NCBI GenBank assembly: GCA_964016885.1
Contig: OZ024753.1
Location: 35,030,001 to 35,094,000, forward strand
Length of the DNA stretch: 64,000 nucleotides
DNA from: Eledone cirrhosa
Taxonomy: Eukaryota
Reading direction: 5' to 3'
This document shows positions 39,228 through 53,612 of this stretch, one piece after another (within the stretch, counting starts at the first letter, position 1; each line of letters begins with the position of its first letter). The notes beneath the pieces are model-generated. The model saw only the letters and a program-made list of their open reading frames with translations. It was not told the DNA's origin and searched no databases. The position numbers and the translations under genes were made by a program.

Positions 39228-40099
39228 TATTGTGTAATCTTTTATTCAGCATGTGATAGGGCCTGGGCAGGTTTTGATATTGCTCCTCCAACGCCCAGCT
39301 AACATATATGTGATATCTTTCTTTCTCTCTCTCTCTCTCTCTCTCTAGAGAGATATGGCATTGTTCAACCTGAGGCTATAATAGAAGATACTTGCCCATA
39401 GTGCTATATCGTGGGACTGAACCCCAAATCACATTGTTGCAAAGCAAACTCCCTAACCACACAGCCATTTTTTATGGCACTTTTATTTATTTATTTATTT
39501 TCTAATATGTGTAAATCCAGTTACGACTCAGTTATTATTGACACAGTAACTATTTTACATAATATTCATACACTCTTTATAGTGAACATTCTCATTGCAA
39601 TTAGTTCAATGCTGTTAGATAGGAATTTATTGATTATTTATTTCGTCATGGATTTATGATCTTAAAGAATTACAAATATTTGTGAAACTTATTCCACATT
39701 TCTTTATACTATTACAAATTCTTTGATACACAACAAATATTTTTGTTTCCATATTTGGCTAACATCTGTGATTGATTTTTAACAATTGTTTGAATATTTT
39801 TGGATATTTTTGAAATGTATTAAAAGCAAAATTATAACTAAATATTTATTTTCATACTACAATACATTTTATTTAAATTTCTCTAATTAATCAATCTCCT
39901 CTTTTCTTTTCTTTCTTTTTCTAATATGTTTTCTAATATGTTTCTAATCTAAGACAAATATAAATTTTATTTTGCAATTTAGAAGCAGATAATCTTTCTA
40001 ACCTTAACTAATATTTCAATAAAATTAATTTTGTTTTAACAACTCTAAATAAAGCAAATATTTTATTTACCCCATATTTCATTTCCTTGCTAGGGGGTC

Positions 40100-40385
40100 T
40101 TCTTCTTCTTGTCGTGTCCACAAGAGTGTCAGTTACAAAGCTTGGCTAGATGTGGTTCTGCCACAGCTGAACACATTGCTCTCCTTTCTCATTAAACTCT
40201 GCCAAGTCCAATACTGTGCTGGGATGTTCCAGCAGGAGGTATATCAGGAAGTGCTGCATAGTCTGTGGTTCGATGTTGCAGTCACACACAATGTCCCCAT
40301 CCTTTAAATAACCCCATTTTGAAAGAGTGTCTTTTGCATGTCCAACACTAGATCTTAGTCTGTTTAGGCATTTCCTCACTGCACA
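40100..40385 (-). mobile_element. I-group (Ingi/Vingi-like) LINE 3' end
   Basis: CLNRLRSSVGHAK..L.KWG...CDC....QTMQH zinc-knuckle motif; (AAG)n tail. Confidence 0.75.
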
Positions 40386-40907
40386 GTTTGTATATATGGA
40401 TTAGATACAATAAAACCAAATGCATGGCTAAGGTTATTTAATTAACAAATACAAGAAAAAATCAGCCCTGTGTGAGCGAAACACAGTCCTCTGACCTGAT
40501 CTCTCAGAGGGACAACCTGTCCTACCCATGTTTGAATGGAAAATGGACATTAGATGATAGATGATGATGTCAAGAGGCAGTAATTGGTTTTGTTTCCTTT
40601 AATGATAATAAATAAATCTTTATAATGTAATTAACAGGATCCAGTTATCTTTGAAGACTTACTGGATTAACTCTGTAAAACTTAGATTTGCACATGTTAC
40701 AAGATGTAAGAGAATGAATCTGTTTATTATTTTTAATCATGTAGTTATTTGATTTTCAATAAATATTTTGCTGCAGCAATGGATTAAGAATGTTTCTTTG
40801 TTAATCTCCAAGAAGAGTTATGAAGACTTCTGTGAGATTGAATAACGAGTGTCTGTTGAAGTTTGTAAAAATACTTTTAATTACCAAACTAGTTTGATCA
40901 TCATTAT

Positions 40908-41092
40908 TGTGGATTGGCAGTATCAGTAGAGGGTCGGACGCCATGCTTTGCAGCACAGTTACGTCCCTTTACGGATTGCGTTCAAATCCCGCCGAGGTTA
41001 ACTTTGCCTTTCATCCTTACGGGGTCGATAAAATAAAGTACCAGTAATACACTGGGATAATTGCTGGCCTTGTGCCAAAAGTAGAAACAATT
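40908..41092 (+). mobile_element. S1 SINE
   Basis: Young-looking copy; near-identical inverted copy at 53428-53612. Confidence 0.85.
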
Positions 41093-42046
41093 ATCGTTCT
41101 TAACATTTATAACCATATAGTATATTATTATTGTCTCGTTATTTCATTATCTCAGCTGTGAGTTCCAATATTTTGAAATTCGACCTCACTAGTTTTCCTC
41201 TGTCTTCCATTTCCATTGATAGCATGTAGCATTTTTCCTCCTAACACTCATCTTCATGTATGTCAGATGTTCATAACAGTATATATCATCATCATCTTGG
41301 TTTCTATGACTGAATGCCTTTATGAATGTCAACACTACACCTGATATTCCCTCTCCATACAGATGCATGCATCTATCTGTGTATATATCATAACTCATAC
41401 ACTGTTCACTTTCCTGACATTTGTGCATTATTCTATGTACTATACACAAACCTTTGATGAGTACTAGTGTACCTGAGCACTGTACACAATAATTTTCATT
41501 ATATTATATTATAAGCAAAATAAAGTACCAGTAATGCACTGGTTAATTGCTGGCCTTGTGCCAAAAAGTAGAAACAATTATATTATATTATAAGCAAAAA
41601 ACATCAAATACAATTAACATTAAGAAGTAGGTTATTTTTCACTTTCCAAAATAAATAATTATTATCGGTATCTTTAGGTAAGATATAATTTATGACTGCA
41701 TTGAAACTTACTTTAACTTTTAATGAGGGATACCAAGATTCACATCAGTTTCAAAACAGTTGGTTTACCAGGAGTTTTCTCCCTTATGTTACTTCTAGGC
41801 TAATTAATTGTTTCTACATTTGGCACAAGGCCATTACTTACCATGTTACTTCTAGGCTAATTAATCATGGCTATTCTATAAATGACACAAAATTGTGTGT
41901 TTTTTCCAACAATTTAGTTGCTGTGTGTTCAATTTTATAATGTTTATGATTTATATAAAATAAACAAATCAATAAAAACAGAGGAAATTAATGATCAAAG
42001 AATATGTATCTATATGCACACACACTTACATACATGCATATATGTA

Positions 42047-42079
<33 letters not shown>

Positions 42080-42083
<4 letters not shown>

Positions 42084-42400
42084 CATGATCATGATCATCA
42101 AAATTTTACATCTGCTTTTCCTTGCTTGCAAGGGTGGGACGGATCATCTTCAGTACAGCATCTCTGCATTCGTCACAGTTCTTCGTCATCTCCTCTGAGA
42201 GCTTCAGTGATCTGAGGCCCACTCTCACCACCTCTGCCCATGCTTTTTGTGGTCTTCCTCTTCTGCGTCTTCCTTCCACCGGGATTTCTTGGCATTTCTT
42301 CACCCAGCAGTCATCATTCATGTGCATCACATGGCCTACAAACACTTTCTTCTCTCCTGCACATTACAGTTTATTCCTCTTATACACAGTTTCACTTTCA
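42080..42400 (-). mobile_element. RTE LINE 3' fragment
   Basis: GHVMHMNDDCWVKKC....VEGRRRRGRPQKAW; (TGA)-type tail. Confidence 0.85.
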
Positions 42401-42409
42401 ACTCATATG

Positions 42410-42605
42410 TACGAGGGGCTGCTGAAAAGTTCCTGGCTTCGGTTAAAAGAAAATACAAGAGGATCAGTTAATTTTGACTTTATTCAACATATTTCCCTCT
42501 CAGATTCACACATTTATTGCAGCGGTCCTACCTCCCCTGTTAAAGTAATAGCTCTACTCTTGTGTGGTACCCTTAAAGTCAGGAACTTTTCAGCTGCCTC
42601 TTGTA
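42410..42605. mobile_element. Tc1/mariner-type MITE (~195 bp)
   Basis: TA-CGAGGGGCTGCTGAAAAGTTCCTGGCTT ... AAGTCAGGAACTTTTCAGCTGCCTCTTG-TA; imperfect TIRs with TA TSD. Confidence 0.85.
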
Positions 42606-44059
42606 TATATGTCCTTCATACATCCATGGATGCGAAACCTTCATATATTTATCTCTATCTACATTTGTGGTGCATTTGTGTATGTTTTAGTGACTTCCCA
42701 CCAGCCTTTCATATGTCCTTACCTATCTATATATGTGCATGGGTATACACTCAATCACATCTCTATGTGTTTCTCTATATGTCAGTTCACTCATGTGTGT
42801 CCATTTTGTATGTGTTGTAATATTTTTGTCATCAGTCACTAGTTCATAGGCTTATTGCTAGTAACAACCCCACAATTTAATGACTGGTAACAAAAATATT
42901 ACTCCCCTTAATTAGTATTCCCCCAAAATTATTACACCTATTACTTTCTATTTAAAAATACTTGAAAGACTATCAATATCCTGTACCACATGAAACCACA
43001 TTAGCATTCTTGAAAAAATTAAATAAAGTTTTTATTCTAATACAGTAAATTCTTGCTACAATCTGTCCAATAGTAAAGATGCTATAAACATTTGAATTAA
43101 CAAACTCATTTTAAAATATTTTCTGTTAAACCATTACAAGATTTTAAGAGTTACATCAGAGTTATATCTTCTAATCACTCTATGTGAGCACTATACTAAA
43201 TATTATCTCAATATGTTCTATATTTTTCCAAAATGAACTTCTGGAGAAGGATTATTTAACCCTCTTGGCTCAAAACCACATAAAACTGCTTTTGGTTCTA
43301 TTTATTTTAAAGTGTTTATATTTATCTAAAAGCCTTCCATCATAATTTAATGATAGAACCTTTGTAAAGGTAAGTTCTAAACACCAGCTTAATAACAAGG
43401 AAGATGGTTATATTACTAAATCCTTCCAAATTCTCACTTATTTTCAAAATTATTTTAAAGCTGCAGGCAGTTATTTTATTAGAAATATAGTAAAGAAATG
43501 ATAAAGGTAATGTTTACTTTGGGTTTTAAAGTATAATATATATAAGTATGGACCTGTAACTCCTGATGGTGTAGTAGGGGCATTTAAACCTAACAGATCG
43601 CTTCCTCTCTATATAGGAGAGAGATGTACTCTGGTTAATGCTTTTATGCAGAGCTATAATATAATTAACAATTTGGGTGGAGCAGAAGCCATTTCAGTAA
43701 TAGGAGAGGAGATAAATTTAAAGAACTAGATTAAAAGCCGAATGATTAAAAAAATGTTGGTTTGTTGATTTATGAATTAAGCATATGGATTTAGGGTGGG
43801 TGTATACTATTGAATGTACATATACATAATAGATCTTCCACTCTAGAGGTGTAATTGTACCTCTATAAGGTCAGTAACTCTTTAGTGCCCAAGAATTTTC
43901 AGGTTCCCAAATTGTTTGGGATGTAACCTTGGCTCTTAGATGTGAAAGGTCAATGTATGCATGTATGGATCTGTAACTCCTGGTTGAAACATATGGGTGC
44001 CATAGTGACATATAGCATTTCTTGTGCATTGTAAACCAAGTAGAGCCCATCCCTCCACA

Positions 44060-44505
44060 GGAAGGACATCCAGCCATAGAAACCAGGCTTCCAGTAATAC
44101 TGAAAAGGGGTTGGCATGAGGAAGAGCATCCAGCTGTAGAAACCTTGCTCCCGGTACATGGCATAAAGTAGTGGGTGTTAGGAAGGGCATCCAGCCATAG
44201 AAACCAGGTTCCCAGTCATGCTGTAAAGTGGTTGGCATTAGAAAGGGCAGTCAACCATAGAAACCAGGTTCCCAGTCATGCTGTAAAGTGGTTGGCATTA
44301 GAAAGGGCAGTCAACCATAGAAACCAGGTTCCCAGTCATGCTGTAAAGTGGTTGGCATTAGGGAGGGCAGTCAACCATAGAAACCAATCCAAACCACAAC
44401 ATACAAGCCGAGAGTGGTCACTTGACTAGTCTGGCTTCAGCATGTGACAACTCATCTAACCCATGTAAGCATGGAAAATAGATATTGATTGGTGATGATG
44501 ATGAT
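44060..44505 (+). repeat. RTE-type SINE tail with an internal ~60-bp unit amplified about 5 times
   Basis: CCATAGAAACCAGGTTCCCAGTCATGCTGTAAAGTGGTTGGCATTAGAAAGGGCAGTCAA, three near-identical units plus diverged ones, then ACCCATG..(TGA)n tail. Confidence 0.85.
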
Positions 44506-44887
44506 TTGTTTCACTGGATAATTGTGATGAAATCTTGAGAAATTTTTCTACTATGAGTTTTCTTCATAGTCACCAGCTCTGACTTGTGAGGATGAGGTCT
44601 CAACCCCTGCACCAAGTTACATTTGTTGACATGCATTATGGTAACTGATCCAATCAATGACCTGATTGAAGGTGAGAAGTTAGTGGTACCAGATACTTAT
44701 CAGTTTATTATTATTGATCGTAAAGCACTGAATCACAGTCTGGAACACCTGTCCAGTGAAAGTCTTTTGATGAATATTTCATGAAAATGTTTTCTACTCA
44801 AGGAACCAGCATAATTTGAAAAGTGCTGGAAGAGTAGATATTGTTTGTGATCAGTCTCACACACTAACAATTAAAGGTGGAACAAGT

Positions 44888-45353
44888 GAGAAACAAAGGC
44901 CTAGTGTGGTAGTATGTGTCGTATGGTGCCAATGTCCCAGGAAACAAAGGACTAGTGTGGTAGTATGTGTCGTATGGTCCCAAGGTCCCAGGAAACAAAG
45001 GACTAGTGTGGTAGTATGTGTCGTATGGTCCCAAGGTCCCAGGAAACAAAGGACTAGTGTGGTAGTATGTGTCGTATGGTCCCAAGGTCCCAGGAAACAA
45101 AGGACTAGTGTGGTAGTATGTGTCGTATGGTCCCAAGGTCCCAGGAAACAAAGGACTAGTGTGGTAGTATGTGTCGTATGGTCCCAAGGTCCCAGGAAAC
45201 AAAGGACTAGTGTGGTAGTATGTGTCGTATGGTCCCAAGGTCCCAGGAAACAAAGGACTAGTGTGGTAGTATGTGTCGTATGGTCCCAAGGTCCCAGGAA
45301 ACAAAGGACTAGTGTGGTAGTATGTGTCGTATGGTCCCAAGGTCCCAGGAAAC
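44888..45353. repeat. 51-bp minisatellite, ~9 near-identical copies
   Basis: GTCCCAGGAAACAAAGGACTAGTGTGGTAGTATGTGTCGTATGGTCCCAAG in tandem. Confidence 0.95.
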
Positions 45354-48300
45354 TGGCATAACATTTTGACAAATGCAGATAACAAAAAGTTGTTCTTTAT
45401 ATTTTTCGACAAAATGTATGGAAGTACAGTTCCAAAATTATGTATGTCTATATGGAGACTTAACTCCTGATGGAATTGTAGGGGTGCTGTAATGACGAAC
45501 AACATTTCTTGGGTACTTTAAACCTGATAAAGCCCATACCCTCTCCAGCCAATTTCTTCCAGAGAAAGAGAGAGTGAGAGAGAGGAAATGAGAAAGAGAT
45601 GTAGAGAAAGAATCCACTCCTGTACTGGACTGGTTTTATTTCATTGGCCTTAAATGGATGAAAGGCAAAGTTTAACATTAATTTCATGAGCAGGCTGATT
45701 GAAACTGGAACATTAATCCTGAAATGAAGAAGTTCTGTATCAAAACCCCAAAAACCCAGTTTCCACGACTGTACACTAGCCCTTTCAAATGAAGTCTTAA
45801 TCTCAATATAAAATGCTCCTACGGGAGAACTTGTTTGTTGTGCAAGTGTGAAAATGCACACAAACACACACACATGTAGAATAGCGTACAGCTTCAATCT
45901 ACTAATTTCACTCACAAGACATTGGTTGGCACGAGACAAGACACTTGCAAAAGGTGCCACACATTAGGATAGAACCTAAAGATACATGGTTGCAAAGTGA
46001 ACTTCTTGACCATATAGCTTATGCCTTCACCCATCATCATCATCATCATTTAACATCCATCTTCTTTCAGTATTCAAGCAAAGCTACTGACATTTGAGAT
46101 GGGCTAGGGGGCCTATATCACGCTTACATATGTTGCTACACTTTACTGAGGGCATTTTGTTGTGGCATCAACACTATGTCTATATGAATTTACAATTAAG
46201 GCCTGAAATAAATTAGCTTATCAAATATGTGCATATGCAAAAGAGATTAAAACAATTCTATTAAAGAGCCGAAAGGTAAAATATCAAAACCAGATAGTTT
46301 TCTAAGCCACATAATTTTAGCATATAATACCAGCATTGTTAAACTATTGAAGTTTCTATATGTTTAGATTTAGAGTAGTAGGCAGTGAATTGGCAGAGTC
46401 ATTATAACATCAGATAGCTTTGTGATATTTGTTCTAGTTTTCTGTCCTCTCTGGGTTATAAAAACGAATCCTTCAAGGGCTAGAGATCAATTCTTCCTCT
46501 ATATCTCTTTCTCATTTCCTCTCTGTCATTCCCTCTCCTTCTCTGGAGGAAATAAGCTGTCTTATAATATCGAATCTATGAGATTTTGATATTATTTATT
46601 TTGAGAATAATACCTTAATATGAGCAGCTGGTTTGAGCAGAAAGAGGCAAGCGAATTCTGGTCAGATACAGCCAGTTTAAATGCTAAAGGGTTGAAACTA
46701 AATCTTTTGTAATGTTGAAAAAGTGTGTCAAAAATATTCCATTTTGATGTCTAAAATTTTTATTGATGAAAATATTGAAAATATTGATGAAAATATTGAA
46801 ACTTTAATAAATTGATCTCTTAAATTAAAGGAAATTTAGAAAAGTGAATTTTACAGAAATGATAGTTAAAAATGCTAATTCTTACCACACAGTCAGTTTT
46901 CTATCCAATAATCATTTCAACTGAATTACTTCCTTGAGGCCTTGCTCTTTTAGTCAAACACTTGAGTCCTCCCATTAGATTGTTGCTATTTAAGCCTATT
47001 TCAAATCTTTACTCTTCTCTAATTTTTCACCAATTCAAACAAATAATCAATAAATTTGTAATTTGTTCACTATTTTTTTTAATACTGTATGACTCCGGGC
47101 AAAATATTTTTCTGTGTTCCAAATCATGACAAAATATTGAAATTGTTTTATGAGCTCTGAATATTTTATCTTTTCAGGTATAATTACCTTTTTGCTATTA
47201 ATGTTTCCTGCCTTTAGAAAATTGAGTCTGCTGGTTCTTATTAGATATTCCAATCACGAGTTAAATATACACACCATTATAAAATTTTTTTTAAATGGTT
47301 TTCATTTGATAAAAGTTCTCCATTATTGATTAACATAATTTTGCTGCTTAGGAAAAACTATCTATGCTGTAGTGCATAACCGAAATTTGCTGTGTAATTT
47401 ATTATATTAGTATTCTCTTGCATTTTATGTCTACATTGTCTTTAGGTGTTGTTGATTATTTGATGGTTTGAAAATAATGTGCTACAAGTTTAGTCAAATA
47501 AGGTGTAAATAACATGTCTATAGTAGAATATATATTTTTTTTAAAATATTGTTTGAATGACTAATCACCCACACCATTTTCATCATTTTTTGTGTCTGTT
47601 TTTCCATGCTTGTATGGTTTACCCTTTAGCATATAAACCAGCCATATCTGGCCAGAATTCTCTCACCTCATTTTGTTCAAACAGGCTGTAATCAGCTGCT
47701 CATATTGATGTTAAGGTATTGTTCTCAAAATAAATAATATAGATACAATATTATGTGAGCTAAAGCCGTGAAAATATTATAGTAAATATAGAGTAATGTA
47801 AATGCTAAAGGGTTAAACAAATCCTCTCCAGCCCAGCATCCCCCCACTTGGCATCTCCCTTTAAAGGCTCAGCTTCTTGAGATTCTTTATCACTATTCCT
47901 GGCCAAGCCTTCTTCAGACATAAAATAGGGTGGCAGGAGTCAGCTTATACTTGAGTATATACAGTAAATAGGAACTCTTTAAAATACATGCTTTTGTCTC
48001 ATAGAACCAGAGCCAGCTTTGGTCAGGTTGGTATCAAAAGGGTTAATTGCTTGCTCCAGTTTGCCTGATTGACAAAATCAAGTTCCACTTCTATCTGTTG
48101 GTTTGAGCGGTCAGCCGATCAAGCTATGAAAATAGTCTCAACACAAAACCATCCCAACCATGGAAAAAAAATTAATGTAAAAAATAACTTAAAGCGAAAA
48201 AAAAAAAAAAAAATTTATGAGCTTAATATATCATTAAAATAAATTATTATTTCAAACCTTTAAAACAATATTGAAAATAATTTTCATTATTGTTGGATTC

Positions 48301-48729
48301 TATGCTAAACAGGTTTATTATTTAATTATTATTAAAAGGCAATCATAAATTCAATTCAATTGCTGTTTGTTAATAATTTAATAATATACACATGCACACA
48401 TACACAAGCTAACACACACACGTATATATCTATATATCTATATCTATATATATATATGTGTTTGTGTGTGTGTGTATATATACATGTATATATGGTTATA
48501 TGTATGTATATGTATGTATATATATGGCAATGAAAGAGTGAAGAAGTACATGGTCGGCTGTACAAAAAGGGTTTTATTTACAGTATTAACAATTGTTTCA
48601 TTGATCAGGTGAGTCTAAAGGCCGCTGATCACTCGAAATTGCATCACTCGACCTTAAATACAGTGCGTGTCTGTGTGTGTATATATATGTATATGTGTGT
48701 GTGAGTGTGTGTGCATGTATATATTTTCA

Positions 48730-49051
48730 TTTCATTTCATTTTACGTCCACTTTTTTCCCTGCTTGCAAGGGTGGGACGGGAACTGATTCTGGCTTGATT
48801 TCTACAGTTGGATGCCCTTCCTAACACCAACCTCATTTACAGTGAGTGCTGGGTGCTTTTTTGCCGTGGCACCTCCATGGCCACTTTGCAGTGGAATGAT
48901 AGGGACCCCAGTCCCTATCATCTCATTTCTACAGCTGAGTAAACTGGAGCAATGTGAAATAAAGTGTCTTGCTCAAGGAAACAACACATCACCCGGTCTG
49001 AGAATTGAACTCACAACCTTTCGATTGCAAGGCCAATGCTCTAACCACTAA
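48730..49051 (-). mobile_element. S2 SINE with RTE-type tail
   Basis: Near-identical inverted partner of 54757-55100. Confidence 0.9.
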
Positions 49052-49209
49052 TATATATATATATATTTAAAAGTTAAACAAGGTTCAATGAATACATCAA
49101 AGAATAAGTTTTACAATAGATTGGAAGCACTCAAGAGAAAAAAATGTTTTCCAGAGTTATTAATATTAATTCAAAATATTAACAAAATAGATATTCTTGT
49201 GATCAATTA

Positions 49210-49276
49210 TATTTTATTATACATATTTCAGAGGTACTGAGTTAAGTTCAACAGTACGTCCTCATCAGATAAAATA
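49210..49276 (-). ncRNA. Type-I hammerhead ribozyme (family A)
   Basis: RC: TATTTTAT-CTGATGA-GGA.C.GTACTG(loop)CAGTAC.C.TCT-GAAA-TATGTA-TA-ATAAAATA; perfect 8-bp stem I. Confidence 0.88.
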
Positions 49277-51067
49277 AAATGATGCATGACATACCCTGAC
49301 ATAGTAGATGGTTAAGATTCAGTCATATATATATATATACATATATATACACACACATTTGTTCCAGCCCAGCTCTTTGTGTTCTTGTTTCAAATCCTTC
49401 CAGAGATCAATAAAATAAAGTACCAATCAGATATTAATTAACTGACATCTCCCTCAAAATGTGTGGCTTTGTGTCTATGCTAGAAAATGTTTGTAGTTAA
49501 AAGACTATGTTCCATTTGTAGATTGATTTTAATTTAAAGATATTCTTTCTTCATTGATTAAAATTAAGCCCAGCATTGAAGTTTTTTTTTTATGTCATAC
49601 CACTATGATGGTTATTCTCAAACATCTTTTTATATTTTTAAATTGTACTTGTCTGGCACGTGATTTGATCTAAGATGCTGTGTTGAAACTAAAGCAATTA
49701 TACCATGGAAGAATTATTTTAGCCATTCAAAAACACACAAAATCACACACTTTAAATGTATAATTTATTTCTTGGTGTCAACATTTTTATTACACCGTTT
49801 GTGATCTGGCCACTGACACAGTTAAACTGAGTTGCAATGCAACTGTGTCAAGAACAAGGTTGCAAATAGTACAATAACAATTTTGACAGCAAGAAATATA
49901 TGATAACTGCATTGAGAATTTAAGGATTATTATATTTTTCTGCAAGACTGAAATGACTTTTCTATAATGTAATTACTTGTGATCTTTTTAAATTTTGAAA
50001 AGCTATTCAAGTTTTCATTTTGTCATTGCTGGAAAATTATACATAGAGAAACTGAGTAGGAAAATAACAATGAAAACTTGAATAGCTACTCAGAGTTTAG
50101 ATATTTAGTTGTAAGAATATTACTGTATATACCTGAATAAAAGTTGCTCTTGCATAAAAGTTGACTATGTTTTTCACAAGTAACACATCAACATTTGCTA
50201 GATGGGGGAAGTGGTATTCTTAATAAGAATGTTTCATTAGTCACTGATAATTAAAACTTAATAGTATTTGGTATGAATTAGCAGAATCATAGGGCACCAA
50301 AAAGAATGCTTTGTGGTATTTATTCTAACATTCTGTGCTCTTAGTTAAAATCCTGTTGAAGTCAAACCTTGCCTTTAACTCTTTTTCGGGTCTATAAAAT
50401 AATGCACCCATCATGGGGCAGTGAATTGGTGAAATTGCTGACACATCGGATGAAATGCCTTGCAGCATCTGTTCCAGTTCTGTGCATTCTGAGTTTAAAT
50501 TCCACTTTGGGATTCAAATCCTTTTTTAGTCACTTGACCACAGGACCAAAGCTGATTATGAAAACTGAAATCTATGAAGGAGAATTGTGACTGTCAGTTA
50601 TTGCACCTAGGAAAAATTATAGTCGAGTATCTTTTAGGTAGCCTTAAATTTATGAATTAGCTGAAAGGGCAAATGACTGATATGCTTGATGTATTTTATA
50701 CATAAAATTTAGTGTCTGAATATTATAAGCATGGTGTAAGCTTTTAGCAAGCCAAATCTAGCTGATTTATATTTCTTGTTTTAATTATATTTTTCCACTT
50801 AAATCTTTAATGCTCTTTAAAACGTTGTGTCACACAGTCTGAGTTCTTGGCTTATGTAAGATGCCTATTGTAAAATTCAGTATTAATCAAATCAGCCCAC
50901 TATTTTAAAATAACAACTAAAACACACAAGCAAAAATATTTTCAATACATTGTTTCTATCATAAATTTTAAATGATAGTAAATATATTATACGTTTTTAC
51001 TCTTTTACATGTTCCAGCCAACTGGCAGAGGCCATGCTGGGACAATGCCATTTTTCTTCTTTTTTTT

Positions 51068-51305
51068 TAAACCTTTAGTTACTAACCCAGCCAAAACCAG
51101 CTCTGGTTCTATGAAATAAAGCCACCCATTTTAAAGGTTTCCAATTTAAATTAAAATCTTCCAACATAATTTTATATAAGAACCTTACATTAAGTTACTA
51201 TCTTAGTAATGAAATGATTAATAATTTTAGTAAATCCCTCAAAATTCTTCAGCAATTAATTGAAATAGAGTGTATTTCACTAGAAATTGATTATGAAAGG
51301 GTTAA
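51068..51305. mobile_element. piggyBac-type MITE, family P2
   Basis: TTAAACCTTT...AAAGGGTTAA termini; related degenerate copies at ~43256, 47960, 57530, 60770, 62622. Confidence 0.6.
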
Positions 51306-52074
51306 ATTATATTTATTTTTAGGACTTAAAATTTTTATTACTGATGTACAACACACACAAATTGATTATTAATTAAAAGTATGTTTATTAAAATAAAAAT
51401 AATCTATCCATCAGTCATAACAACAATAATACTGGTTCTCAACAATGATAGTTGCCTTGTGTTTAAACCCTTTTATCTCCTAATGGTAATTGTGGTTGAT
51501 AAGGCTACAATGATTTTTATATTAATTTTCTTTATATGACTCAAGGCGCATGACTTTTGACCATGTCTTTGCTATCTTAATATTCTTTTCTCATCTTCAG
51601 TTTCAAATACTGTGTAAATGAAATTCAGTTGTAAGAAACTGATACAGGAAACTACTCTGCTTTTATTGTCCTATTTATACAGAGTCTATTTGTTGTGGTG
51701 GACTGATTACACAGACAAGGTTTTCAAGTGAATGAATATATTTTGTCAGTTCTATTCATTCTGATAAGCAACAGCTTTCAAGTGACCTACTGGTTGTTTC
51801 TATGACACTTGGACAGTCTTGCTATATATTTTGTTGAATGTTTTTTTATTTTAGAAACTAATTGTTAGTCCTTTTAAGTCTGGGATACATTGCTCACTTA
51901 TAAACATGTATCTTTTAAATTTAAATTTAGAAAAAGTGTGGGAATTTACTGTTAATATTAACATAAAAACTATTGCCTTTGTTGTAGATGAAAATTTTAT
52001 TTGTACATTATATTGAAAACAAAGGTATGTTAAGAAATAAACATTTTGCAAAGGATTGGGGAGAGAGTGAAGGG

Positions 52075-52130
<56 letters not shown>

Positions 52131-52382
52131 ATACATACATATATACATACATATATACATACATACATATGTATGTATATTTAAAGATGGTATCCTTGAA
52201 GGGGATCAGGAAATAACTACAGTTAAATAAGGTACTCCATATATATTAGTTGAGAATAAGCATTTTTATTATGTAGAAATACCTTCTACAGAACTAGAAC
52301 TGTTTCATTTGTATGAAATCATTCCTGTAGAAAATCATGTCATTTTTTTAATACCCCCCCCCCCCCCCCCCCCATACACATA

Positions 52383-52419
<37 letters not shown>

Positions 52420-52425
<6 letters not shown>

Positions 52426-52551
52426 TTTCAGATAAGCAAATTAAATCTACTTCTTATTAATATCTATATATATACATTTTTCTACAGCTTAGTGCATTTA
52501 TCTGAAAACCTGATGCATACATACATACATTCACACAAACATATATAATTA

Positions 52552-52595
<44 letters not shown>

Positions 52596-52712
52596 TATAT
52601 ATGTTTGTATGCATCAGGTTTTCAGATAAATGCACTAAGCTGTAGAAAAATGTATATATATATAGAGATATTAATAAGAAGTAGATCTCATTTGCTTATC
52701 TGAAAAATAATA
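52420..52712. repeat. ~100-bp inverted arms around a (TA)n tract
   Basis: TATTATTTTTCAGATAAGCAAAT...CCTGATGCATAC / GTATGCATCAGG...ATTTGCTTATCTGAAAAATAATA. Confidence 0.85.
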
Positions 52713-53037
52713 TAAACCTTTCACATTTATATTGTATATAAATAAATCAATCAAGCTGCAATTTAAGATAAATAAATGTACAATTTAAGATAAATGGGTG
52801 TGCAAAAATCTTTTATTAGAATATTGTACACTAAACAGATCATCATCATTGTCATCATCGTATGTTTGTTTTTCCATACTGGCATTGGTTGGTGGGTTGT
52901 TACAGGATATCAGTGCTTACTCAGAGCTACTGTACTTTAGATGGGTTGGGACACCATGTTTTGCTTACATACATGACAATGATATATATAGTAATTGATA
53001 TGCTATGTACCTTCAATTGAAATACTATGTACCTTGT

Positions 53038-53345
53038 GAAGGCGCATAGCTTAGTGGTTAAAGCGCCAGGCTTACAATCTTGAGGTAGTGAGTTTGATTC
53101 TTGGATCGGGCTTTTGAGTTGTGTTCTTGAGCAAGATACTTTACTCCATGTTGCTCCAGTTTACTCAGCTGTAGAAATGAGTCACTGGTGTGTCAAGCTG
53201 TATCTGCCATTACTTTTCCCTTGGACAACATCAGTGGCATGGAGAGGGGAGACTGGTATGCATGGGCAACTGCTGGTCTTCTACAAACAACCTTGCCTGA
53301 ACTTGTGCCTCGGAGGGGAACTTTCTAGGTGTGAATCCCATGGTT
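53038..53345 (+). mobile_element. S2-type SINE
   Basis: GAAGGCGCATAGCTTAGTGGTTAAAGCG head; CTTGAGCAAGATACTTT core. Confidence 0.75.
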
Positions 53346-53427
53346 TTTACACTTACTAAGTACCTTAGTTTTTAGAATAGATACACCATATCCTTGTGTC
53401 ATAATAGGTGACTAAAACAGTTGTTTT

Positions 53428-53612
53428 ATAATTGTTTCTACTTTAGGCACAAGGCCAGCAATCACCCAGTGCATTACTGGTACTTTATTTTATCGACCCC
53501 CGTAAGGATGAAAGGCAAAGTCAACCTGTGCGGGATTTGAACTCAGATCGTAAAGGGACGTAACTATGCTGGAAAGCATGGCGTCCGACCCTCTACCAAT
53601 ACTGCCAATCCA
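53428..53612 (-). mobile_element. S1 SINE
   Basis: Full S1 copy. Confidence 0.85.
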
